64,000 nt of DNA from a virus (Duplodnaviria; Heunggongvirae; Uroviricota; Caudoviricetes): the IMG/VR virus record IMGVR_UViG_2937414065_000001; one strand, given 5' to 3'. Under the pieces are notes generated by a model. It made no database searches, had not been told where the DNA came from, and saw nothing but the letters and a program-made list of their open reading frames with translations. This document shows, one piece after another, positions 9,683 to 17,649 of the stretch. Numbering within the stretch: the first letter of the stretch is position 1; each line of letters opens with the position of its first letter. The position numbers and the translations under genes are program-made.

Positions 9683-9834
9683 TGATTCCATACATCCTAT
9701 TATCTTTTGCTGGGGGCGTGGCCCTCGGCTTTAGTATCTGTCGCGACCTGGTCAGGCAGGAACTGAAAACCAAAACGCTTCGCATCGGTAAGCGGCTGTA
9801 TCGGGTTGTTCACGAGACGGGAGTGCGGAAATGA
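9682..9834 (+). CDS. small membrane protein (~50 aa, MIPYILLSFAGGVALGF...)
   Basis: ATG overlaps the previous stop (TGATG). One transmembrane segment. Its first 16 nt are repeated at 10706 and inside the 15449 palindrome. Confidence 0.3.
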   Translation: MIPYILLSFAGGVALGFSICRDLVRQELKTKTLRIGKRLYRVVHETGVRK

Positions 9835-10136
9835 GCAATTTGACCTCTTTCGACTGGTGGCTGGCAACCTACCTTGTGGCGGCTGGCTTCGGATATGCCT
9901 TTTACATTGGTCAGTTAATCGTAAAGCTACTGCTGATCAGATTTGCCAGCCATAAACGCATAGACGACGGTCTGTGGCGCCTGGGTTCTCTGCTGGAGAC
10001 TCACTACGGCGAACTCAAGGAGAACGAAACTATCACTATCCAAGCGAAGCGTTTTACGGCCATCATCACGAGAACGCCGGAACAGAAGGTGAGTTTGATC
10101 AAAAAGATAGCAACTGAACGAGTAACAGAAAAATAA
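9831..10136 (+). CDS. membrane protein (101 aa)
   Basis: ORF with an N-terminal transmembrane helix; start overlaps the upstream stop (ATGA). Confidence 0.4.
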   Translation: MSNLTSFDWWLATYLVAAGFGYAFYIGQLIVKLLLIRFASHKRIDDGLWRLGSLLETHYGELKENETITIQAKRFTAIITRTPEQKVSLIKKIATERVTEK

Positions 10137-10885
10137 GTATTTACTTACTTATCTATTATGTATAAGATTCATTTGTTTTCGTTGAGACGCGACTGTTTGA
10201 ACGTTAAATATAACTGCAAACGAAGATACGTACCTGGCAGTAGCCTAAGAAGCCAAACACCAGCGAGGTCAGTTTCCAGCCTCGTCACCGAAATGGGACA
10301 CACTGAGCGAGTGTGATTGCAGAACGCAGGATAGGGCATGTTGCACCACCCATGCCCTATTCGATGAAGTAACAGGATGGGCGGTTGGTTTCCTCATTCC
10401 ATTCCATCATCCCGGTTTCAGCCAGCTGACCGTCCATCCTGTTACGTCATTTCCATTACTTATGTCGTTTAATCTTGGGTTAAAAGCGGCGACGTAACCC
10501 GGCTGGCTTGGTTAGCCAGCGCACAACGTTGAGGTCACTGTTTTTTCTTTTAATCATACAGGTGATTCCACAGAGCTGTAGTGACTGATCAATATGTTGG
10601 GTCGAACATAAATCGGTTCAGTGGCCTCAACGTTGTGAAAGCAGGATTCTTTAACCCTCTGGTGAAATCATTGTTGCCTATGTAGCCCCTGGTTTCACAA
10701 CATGGATGATTCCATACATCCAATAAGATCGAAGAGTCTGGCGGCCATCAACCGCCGAGAAGGATTCCAGATCTTCGCTCTATGTGAGCGAGCCACAAGC
10801 CTCGTCTAGCACTAACGTAAAGTGCAAGTTGCGGGAAAGTTCTTGGTTGCCTGGTTGTCCATGAACAAGTACCGCCGCGAAAAAT

Positions 10886-10960
10886 GATGGTGTAGCTCAG
10901 TGGTAGAGCGGTTGACTGTTAATCAACTGGTCGGTGGTTCGAGTCCACCCACCATCGCCA
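10886..10960 (+). tRNA. tRNA-Asn (anticodon GTT), CCA encoded
   Basis: Acceptor stem GATGGTG/CACCATC. D-arm GCTCAGTGGTAGAGC. Anticodon loop CTGTTAA. T-arm GGTGGTTCGAGTCCACC. 3' end GCCA. Confidence 0.8.
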
Positions 10961-11112
10961 ACATAGCGCTGAACGGTTTGGAGTTCGCCACCACCGTCCG
11001 AACGGAAAGACTCCGCAAATGTCGCCAGACCGTTCAGCGCTGTGATAGACACGGCAGACGTTCTTAACCATTGCTTCTTAGCATTGTACCAACACTTTTT
11101 AGCGCAAAAATC

Positions 11113-11135
11113 AAAGGGGCTTCGGCCCCTTTTTT
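11113..11135 (+). terminator. rho-independent terminator
   Basis: AAAGGGGCTTCGGCCCCTTTTTT. Confidence 0.65.
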
Positions 11136-11262
11136 GCTGGGTTGACTCCAGAATATTTCCACGTATGGTTTTACCACCTTTGGGCCTTCATTTAGCAACG
11201 GCAGCATTAGACTGCCTGCATGTGGGTGATAGGATGTGGCAGTAAAACATGGAGATAAGCCA

Positions 11263-11817
11263 ATGAAAAAGCGCAACCTCAATATTCTTGCATCTCTGGT
11301 GATCGCGCTCGCTCTGACGGGATGTAACGAGTCTGAAGTAGATAAAATCACGCTGATAGGCCAAGACAAAAAGGCTCTTGAGAGCCAGTACAAAACCCTC
11401 TTTGAAAAACGAACACCAAACATCGAAGCCTTCGCTCTGTTCGATAAAACTGCGGCTGAAGGCAAGGAACCGCATACCACTGGTGGATTAATTGACGGCA
11501 AAGTTGAGTCGAGCATGACTACTAACGTCGGCAAATATACCTTCATGCAGCTCGACGAAATGCTTACTAAAGAATACGGTAAGCCGGTTGCCACCAAAGA
11601 CCAGGTATTTGATGAGACAGCCTTGAATGGACTGGAATGCGCCAAGACAATGTCATGTGCAGCGGGAAAGTATTATGAGGTATTCCGCGGCAAAGAGCGC
11701 CTGATCATGATGATCAACGGTGCCGGTTTCATGAATAAAGATGAGGGCGTAACGTTACTTACCTTTACCGACAAACACTTAAAAACGGCGCGTCTGGAAG
11801 AAGACAAACGCCACTAA
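11263..11817 (+). CDS. lipoprotein
   Basis: MKKRNLNILASLVIALALTGC lipobox; RBS GGAGATAAG. Confidence 0.6.
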   Translation: MKKRNLNILASLVIALALTGCNESEVDKITLIGQDKKALESQYKTLFEKRTPNIEAFALFDKTAAEGKEPHTTGGLIDGKVESSMTTNVGKYTFMQLDEMLTKEYGKPVATKDQVFDETALNGLECAKTMSCAAGKYYEVFRGKERLIMMINGAGFMNKDEGVTLLTFTDKHLKTARLEEDKRH

Positions 11818-11854
11818 CAAATAACTCTAAGACTATTTATACAGCGAGGCAGTT

Positions 11855-12643
11855 TTGGGAAATCGAGACAATTTCAGTGCCAATGTAAAAAGAACGCTGG
11901 CAAACAGAGTTGGTCATAGATGCTCATTTTTTGGTTGCAACCAAGTTACTACTGGGCCTGATATCTCCAACCCTATGGGTGCAATTAATAGTGGCATTGC
12001 GGCGCACATCACGGCAGCTGCGGAGGGTGGCCCTCGTTATGACAAGTCACTCACACCGCAGCAACGAAGTGATATATCAAATGGTATTTGGATGTGCGAG
12101 TATCACGCAGGGTTAATTGATTCGCATGACCCAGCTTATTCTGCCCCTCTTCTTCATTCATGGAAGGTTCAGGCAGAGGCTCGCCAAGCTGCCGCACAAG
12201 AACTTTCACAGCAAGGTGTCGCCACAACCTATAGTGATAGAGATATCCGCGTTCTAAAAGAACTTACCGATAAGTTCAACTATCGCTACCTCCAGATGCT
12301 AGAGCAAGAGCCATTCGGAGCCAAAGTACGTGATGTGATTACGACACCACTTTATGAATTTTTTGTTCAGTCTGATGACCCATTTTGTTCATTCAACAGC
12401 CGAGAGCTTGAATCGATGCGAGTTGAATTAATAGGTAAGGTCAAAAATTTCTGGCGTCATTTCGGCCAACATTCTGCTGGTTGTGTAGGGTACTATGACT
12501 ACATTGATATTTCGGCAATAAGAATGAGAAATCCTGACTCGGTTAATCGTTTTATTGAGCTAATTTATCAGACGCAGGAACTCGCCCAAGACATTTGCCG
12601 TACAGCACGGAAGTTGTTGGAAATACGAGCAAGACTGGAATAA
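11855..12643 (+). CDS. HNH-family (HNH_2-like) nuclease domain protein with an unknown ~150-aa C-terminal domain
   Basis: HRCSFFGC...AAHITAAAEGG...NGIWMCEYHAGLID matches the CxxC...AHI...GG...N..lC..H..D HNH pattern. Start is a TTG with GAGG 5 nt upstream. Confidence 0.5.
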   Translation: MGNRDNFSANVKRTLANRVGHRCSFFGCNQVTTGPDISNPMGAINSGIAAHITAAAEGGPRYDKSLTPQQRSDISNGIWMCEYHAGLIDSHDPAYSAPLLHSWKVQAEARQAAAQELSQQGVATTYSDRDIRVLKELTDKFNYRYLQMLEQEPFGAKVRDVITTPLYEFFVQSDDPFCSFNSRELESMRVELIGKVKNFWRHFGQHSAGCVGYYDYIDISAIRMRNPDSVNRFIELIYQTQELAQDICRTARKLLEIRARLE

Positions 12644-12698
12644 AAAGGCTCATTCAAAGATTCTCACTCACGGTATTGAGAGTCTTTTGAAACACAAA

Positions 12699-12718
12699 AT
12701 AGGTAATGACTTACCTAT
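12699..12718 (+). promoter_or_regulatory. motif B palindrome (ATAGGTAATGACTTACCTAT) upstream of phoH
   Basis: Near-perfect inverted repeat, followed by TACTTATCGG. Confidence 0.5.
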
Positions 12719-12765
12719 TACTTATCGGTATAGTTCTTTCAGTTACTCACTTGAAAGGACTCAAT

Positions 12766-13539
12766 ATGGGAAACAAACGTAAACAGGCGCGTCGCGCAGC
12801 TCGTCAGGCACTGAAGTCAAAACCACGCATCCACGGCTACGAAATTGACACAATCATCGTTGACGAGCTGGCTGCCGCCCCTGCTCTGCCACCAAAACCT
12901 AAACGCGACAACTCCCCCATCGAAGCGCGTAACGAGGCCCAGGCCCACTATCTTATCTCCCTCGATACCAAACCTCTGACGTTCGCCGCTGGTGAAGCCG
13001 GTTGCGGTAAGACCTACCTGGCTGCTGCCGTCGCAGCGCAGCGTCTGCTGGATAAGGAGGTCGGGAAGATCATCGTGACGCGTCCGGTATTGCAAGCAGA
13101 AGAAGATCTGGGCTTCCTTCCGGGCGACATGAGCGAGAAGTTCGCTCCGTTCTTCCGGCCCGTCTATGACGTGCTACAGAAGCGTTTGGGTGGCTCGTTC
13201 CTTGAATATTGCTTAAAACCAGAGGTGGCCAAAGTAGAGATTGCCCCCTTCGCTTACATGCGTGGGCGCACGTTCGAGAATGCTGTAGTCATTCTGGATG
13301 AGGCGCAAAACGTTACAGCGTCACAAATGAAAATGTTCCTGACCCGTATGGGCGAGAACGTAACCGTCATTGTGAACGGAGATGTGACGCAATGCGACCT
13401 GCCAGGCAATGTTAAGTCTGGTCTGGAAGATGCACTGGAACGTTTTAAACCTTCCTCCCATGTTGGCCTTATTGAGTTTGCGACCGAAGACTGCGTGCGT
13501 TCTGAGCTATGCAAAATCGCACTGGAAGCCTATCAGTAA
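12766..13539 (+). CDS. phoH: PhoH-like ATPase
   Basis: GEAGCGKTYLA Walker A and VILDEAQN Walker B; typical phage PhoH size. Confidence 0.8.
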   Translation: MGNKRKQARRAARQALKSKPRIHGYEIDTIIVDELAAAPALPPKPKRDNSPIEARNEAQAHYLISLDTKPLTFAAGEAGCGKTYLAAAVAAQRLLDKEVGKIIVTRPVLQAEEDLGFLPGDMSEKFAPFFRPVYDVLQKRLGGSFLEYCLKPEVAKVEIAPFAYMRGRTFENAVVILDEAQNVTASQMKMFLTRMGENVTVIVNGDVTQCDLPGNVKSGLEDALERFKPSSHVGLIEFATEDCVRSELCKIALEAYQ

Positions 13540-13549
13540 GGGAAAGCCA

Positions 13550-13753
13550 ATGACCAAAGAGTACCTGCCACACCAGAAACGTGTCATGGATGAACACGAA
13601 GAACTGTGTGGCCGCATCAAAGAACTGGAGGCGTACATTGCCGGCGACGAGTTCGCTCGCCTGCTGTATGTCGACCGCATCATCCTCATTAAGCAGCTGG
13701 ACACGATGAAGGCGTATGACTTGATTCTTCGTGCCCGGATCGCTCGTTTTTAA
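13550..13753 (+). CDS. hypothetical protein (67 aa)
   Basis: ATG follows RBS AAGGGAAAG; lies between phoH and the next gene. Confidence 0.45.
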   Translation: MTKEYLPHQKRVMDEHEELCGRIKELEAYIAGDEFARLLYVDRIILIKQLDTMKAYDLILRARIARF

Positions 13754-13768
13754 CGTAAGGAAACCAAA

Positions 13769-14134
13769 ATGACCGATATGGATATCGAAAAAGAGATTGT
13801 GGTCAAAGGCAAAACGGCCGCGCGTGTTACCCCGGAACGCATTGAAGCTGTTATCTCAGGCGAATTTTACTTTACCGGCGCGGACGGATATCGCAGCTCA
13901 CCGTTGTGGCTGAAGCAGGAAGAGCCTGAACCGGCCCCGCAATCACTCGAACTGCTGACATTCTGCGTTCTTGTGCTGGAGAACGGCTACACCGTAACCG
14001 GCGAGTCTGCGTGCGCCAGCCCGGAGAACTTTGATCCGGAGATCGGACGTAAAATTGCACGCCAGAACGCGATTGCCAAAATCTGGCCCCTGGAAGGCTA
14101 TCTTCTCAAGCAGCAGCTGCACGAGGTGAAGTGA
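13769..14134 (+). CDS. phage Gp49/Sf6-gp66-like hypothetical protein
   Basis: 121 aa; the FTGADGY...ENGYTVTGES segment looks like that phage family, but I am unsure of the assignment. Confidence 0.4.
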   Translation: MTDMDIEKEIVVKGKTAARVTPERIEAVISGEFYFTGADGYRSSPLWLKQEEPEPAPQSLELLTFCVLVLENGYTVTGESACASPENFDPEIGRKIARQNAIAKIWPLEGYLLKQQLHEVK

Positions 14135-14379
14135 TGAAGGTCGTTATCTACGGACGGGATAATTGCTCATACTGCAAACGTGCGGTCGAGCTGGCGAAGC
14201 AGCTGCACGGCCACGGCTTTGGCGATTATGAATACATCGATATTGTGTCTGCCGGGATCGACAAAGAGAAGTTGAGCGACCTGGTTGGCAAGCCGGTGGA
14301 GACCATACCGCAGGTGTTCGTAAATGGCGAAACTATCGGGGGTTATACGGAATTTGCTGCTTTTGCGAGCACCCTGTAA
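14131..14379 (+). CDS. glutaredoxin/NrdH-like redoxin
   Basis: 82 aa; VVIYGRDNCSYCKRA has a CxxC active site at the N-terminus of a thioredoxin fold. Confidence 0.65.
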   Translation: MMKVVIYGRDNCSYCKRAVELAKQLHGHGFGDYEYIDIVSAGIDKEKLSDLVGKPVETIPQVFVNGETIGGYTEFAAFASTL

Positions 14380-14384
14380 TACAA

Positions 14385-14413
14385 TACGGCTCCTTTTGGG
14401 GCCGTTTCTGTTT
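14385..14413 (+). terminator. rho-independent terminator
   Basis: ACGGCTCC-TTTT-GGGGCCGT followed by TTCTGTTT. Confidence 0.5.
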
Positions 14414-14475
14414 GTCGCAGTTTCAGGGAACGCGTACACTTAGTTACGAGCCAGCAAAAAGCAGGCAGATAAATC

Positions 14476-15000
14476 ATGAAAGACTCAATCACCAAAATCG
14501 CAATGGTTGTGGCACTGGCACTAAGCAGCCTGTCACACGGTTCTTATGCCAAAGATCACACCCATGAACGCAGCGCTATTACTTCAGGGGCGAGCGCACC
14601 ATCCCTCGCAGAACTGCGCGAAAGTGTGGGTAAAATCCAGGAAGTTACCGCTGATGGCCGTGAAATTTACGCCAGACTGGATGCGCTGGCAGAACATGAT
14701 TTTGAGCAGGCAAAGTTTGCCGCAGAAGGCTTACGTGCTGATGTAATTGGCTCCCTGGCAATTGCCGAGTTCTTATTCCAGGCATTACCAGAGATGTCGA
14801 TCATCCGGTCTTACGACAAAAACTCCACTGAATACAAGCTATGCAGGGCTGTCGCTGAGATGCGTCACGGGGCCAAAAATCTCGATAATCTGGTTAATCA
14901 GATCCTGACAGTTAGCCCTCTTCGCGAATCAGAAATTAGCCATGCGGCTCTTGCTGTTCTGGCAGCCAGTGGCACAGAGGCTTCGACCAAATGGCTCTGA
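14476..15000 (+). CDS. secreted hypothetical protein (signal peptide)
   Basis: N-terminus MKDSITKIAMVVALALSSLSHGSYA. Confidence 0.5.
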   Translation: MKDSITKIAMVVALALSSLSHGSYAKDHTHERSAITSGASAPSLAELRESVGKIQEVTADGREIYARLDALAEHDFEQAKFAAEGLRADVIGSLAIAEFLFQALPEMSIIRSYDKNSTEYKLCRAVAEMRHGAKNLDNLVNQILTVSPLRESEISHAALAVLAASGTEASTKWL

Positions 15001-15407
15001 TTGTCGAGATCAACCCCGATACACGCGCCGCATTTTTAGACCCCACTTTCAAAAAGTTCCCTGGATTGGAACAGCAGCTCATAGAGGAATTTATTTACTG
15101 CAAGGAGCACAACGCCACAACGGATACCTTCGGCAGTGACGCCGTCTTCACTTTTCCACCTTATGCCGTAGACGCTCAACTCGCTCGCATCCACATCAAG
15201 CTACCCGACGAACAGCCCTGGCCACCTCGCACTCCAGATCGGCAGAAGAAGAGTAATACTTATTTAGTTTATGCACAGCATTTGTGGAATCCGGACAGAT
15301 ACTCCATTCTTGCACTTGTTACCCCAGCACACGATCTCATGAGCGCCGCCAACACACAGTTAATCTCCCACTTTTCAGCCTGTGCTGAAGATTTTCACAA
15401 CCGCTAA
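14991..15407 (+). CDS. hypothetical protein (138 aa)
   Basis: ORF overlaps the previous stop. Confidence 0.4.
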   Translation: MALIVEINPDTRAAFLDPTFKKFPGLEQQLIEEFIYCKEHNATTDTFGSDAVFTFPPYAVDAQLARIHIKLPDEQPWPPRTPDRQKKSNTYLVYAQHLWNPDRYSILALVTPAHDLMSAANTQLISHFSACAEDFHNR

Positions 15408-15448
15408 AATCATCTTGCTTGTTTCTCAGATTTAAAAAAATCGACTCT

Positions 15449-15483
15449 CAATGATTCCATACCTATTAAGTATGGAATCATTG
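15449..15483. promoter_or_regulatory. 35-bp perfect palindrome (14-bp arms, 7-bp spacer): candidate tyrosine-recombinase core site
   Basis: CAATGATTCCATAC-CTATTAA-GTATGGAATCATTG, 94 bp upstream of the recombinase gene. The arm sequence recurs at 9682 and 10706. Confidence 0.45.
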
Positions 15484-15576
15484 TACAAAACAGGCTATTT
15501 TATGGTTGATCATACAAAAACTTATGCCTAATATACTGTTTATACATACAGTAAAAAGGCTTCACTCAGTGAGTGG

Positions 15577-16686
15577 ATGATGAAAAACACCTTTGATAAA
15601 GCACGCGCAGCAGAAAACACCTCTCGGGAAGCCATCGAGTACCTCGAACGCGCTTCCGGTTTGTCGGCAGTGTCGACCGCCAAATTCGACGGAGACATGT
15701 CGTTTTCTTCCGCCTTCATGTTATTCACTCGCTTATCTTTACTGATAACGAGACGTCGACCTGAAATAGCCGTTCATTGTGTTTTGATACATGTAATGCC
15801 GCATATCTCTGAAGTAAAGGTAAGTGATATAAGTAGGGTCTTGGTCAACCAACTGGTGAACCCACTGATACTGGAAGGCAAGATCGTCCAGGGCAGACGC
15901 GTATTCTCCCTAATGAAACAGTTCCTGAGCTGGTGCGCTTTTCAGGGGCTGATTGATACATCGCCGTTGAATGATATGTCGCTCAATAAAGTTGCTGGTG
16001 GCGCGAAGCCAGTACCGCGCGAACGTAAGCTGACCGACGCCGAGGTCTGGGTATTCTGGAACGTCTGGGATTACTTCAATGTGTGTGAAGGCACAAAGTG
16101 GGCGGCCAGGCTCTGTCTTGTTGCTGCCAGACGACCCGATGAAGTGCTCCGGGCCAGAAAGGATGAGTTCAACCTTCAACGTGATGTATGGAATCAAGGT
16201 ACGCGAAACAAATCGGCCAGACAGCACGCGCTGCCGTTAAGCCCATTGATGCGTCAATGCGTGGAAGAGTTGTTCGAGTACGGGAAAGGCAGCCAGTGGC
16301 TCGTTCCTTCGAATAAGAAGAAGGGCGTAGATACGCCAATGTCTAAGGTGGCCATTGCCCAGGCACTGAGAAGGATACTGGAACGACCTGAGTTGATGGA
16401 GGTTGAGTCATTCACCCCACGCGATCTGAGACGTACAGCTCGTAGCTATTTCCCCGCTCTGGGGATTAGTCAGGAGGTGGCTCGTAAGATTATGAACCAC
16501 AGTCTTGAAGGGATAGATCGCGTCTATGACCGCCACGATTATATGGATGAGATGCGAGACGCCTTGAATAACTTCTCAACGTACATCGCATCCATCGTTA
16601 ATCAAACAGACTTAGACGAGATAGACCACAAATTCAAGGGAGATCGTCTAGCCACCGAGCTTATTCGTGTAAATTTCTCACAGTGA
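15577..16686 (+). CDS. tyrosine recombinase / phage integrase family
   Basis: C-terminal catalytic motifs: R in TPRDLRRTA, H..R in NHSLEGIDRVYDRH, and a Tyr at VYDRHDY. Confidence 0.8.
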   Translation: MMKNTFDKARAAENTSREAIEYLERASGLSAVSTAKFDGDMSFSSAFMLFTRLSLLITRRRPEIAVHCVLIHVMPHISEVKVSDISRVLVNQLVNPLILEGKIVQGRRVFSLMKQFLSWCAFQGLIDTSPLNDMSLNKVAGGAKPVPRERKLTDAEVWVFWNVWDYFNVCEGTKWAARLCLVAARRPDEVLRARKDEFNLQRDVWNQGTRNKSARQHALPLSPLMRQCVEELFEYGKGSQWLVPSNKKKGVDTPMSKVAIAQALRRILERPELMEVESFTPRDLRRTARSYFPALGISQEVARKIMNHSLEGIDRVYDRHDYMDEMRDALNNFSTYIASIVNQTDLDEIDHKFKGDRLATELIRVNFSQ

Positions 16687-17064
16687 CTTGATGGCCTCAA
16701 CCACCTTTTCTGACGCACCTTGTTGACCGTCAAAACGGTTACGGAACGCTTCTAGAACGAGTTTTTCATCAGCGGAGAGAGGTGCAGTGCCCTCTTCGCG
16801 AAAAAACTCAAGCAGCTCAGGATGACGTTCTTCCAGAACCATCAGCATCAGTCGAACCGGATCTGCATCCAGCGCTTCGGCTAATGCTCGAACCTTATCT
16901 ACTGGAAGTGGGATTTTGCCGCTTTTGATGAGAGAGAGATTGTTGGCGTTCTTGTACCCAACCTCTTTGGCAATGGTAGCCTGACTTTTAGGCGAGATTG
17001 TGATTAACGAGTCAATGTAAGCTGCGTAGCGACCTTGTTTGATCTCTGTTTCGTTGGTAGCCAT
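16678..17064 (-). CDS. helix-turn-helix (XRE/Cro-like) transcriptional regulator
   Basis: N-terminal ...SQATIAKEVGYKNANNLSLIKSG helix-turn-helix. Convergent with the recombinase gene and overlaps its stop. Confidence 0.6.
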   Translation of the reverse strand: MATNETEIKQGRYAAYIDSLITISPKSQATIAKEVGYKNANNLSLIKSGKIPLPVDKVRALAEALDADPVRLMLMVLEERHPELLEFFREEGTAPLSADEKLVLEAFRNRFDGQQGASEKVVEAIKSL

Positions 17065-17615
17065 GTAGTGAACCTTGCGTGTTTTGTTTATCTCTGGTAA
17101 GTGCTTACTGATATTACAGCAAAGGCCAGGGTTGTAAAGACTTATCTATTTAATTTCGGTAGGCACAAAATCCCGGCATACCGCCATTATACTATGGTTT
17201 TTAGGCGATTTGTCACTATTCGCTTACAGAAATAAGTAAGACGTATCTGATATAGTTGCATTCCATATTGATACAATAGGTAGTAGTATTGCCGAACTTT
17301 CAAATGTGTTCAGTTGGATGATATGAAATGAAAAATATAACTTCTAAATTGACCGCCCTTGAGGTTGGACACGCATATGCGATTGGACTGGATGGCGTCG
17401 CGACGATCCTGACAGAACTAGAATCTGAAGAGCTTCCCGTGGAAATGGTTGATACGACGGTTTTCACTTTTGAGCTAAAAAATAAACATTTCACTCTCAT
17501 CAATACCGGTTGCGGCTCCCTTGCCGTGAGAACCATTTAACACACATTCCTGCCGATAGATGCCTGTACGAACAGCTTAGTCGCCTGTTCGTACAGTGAT
17601 AAATTACGCACATCA

Positions 17616-17631
17616 GAAAACAAATTGTTTT
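17616..17631 (+). promoter_or_regulatory. motif A (GAAAACAAATTGTTTT), 19 nt upstream of the cobT-like start
   Basis: Palindrome AACAA-A-TTGTT. Confidence 0.5.
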
Positions 17632-17649
17632 AATAACAAGGAAATTCTC

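Noticed and set aside
11064-11645. 193-aa minus-strand ORF antisense to the lipoprotein gene, and ORF 11042-11245
   Set aside because: They overlap the terminator and leader region and the well-formed lipoprotein gene (signal peptide plus lipobox). Composition is S/P/L-rich, typical of antisense read-through.
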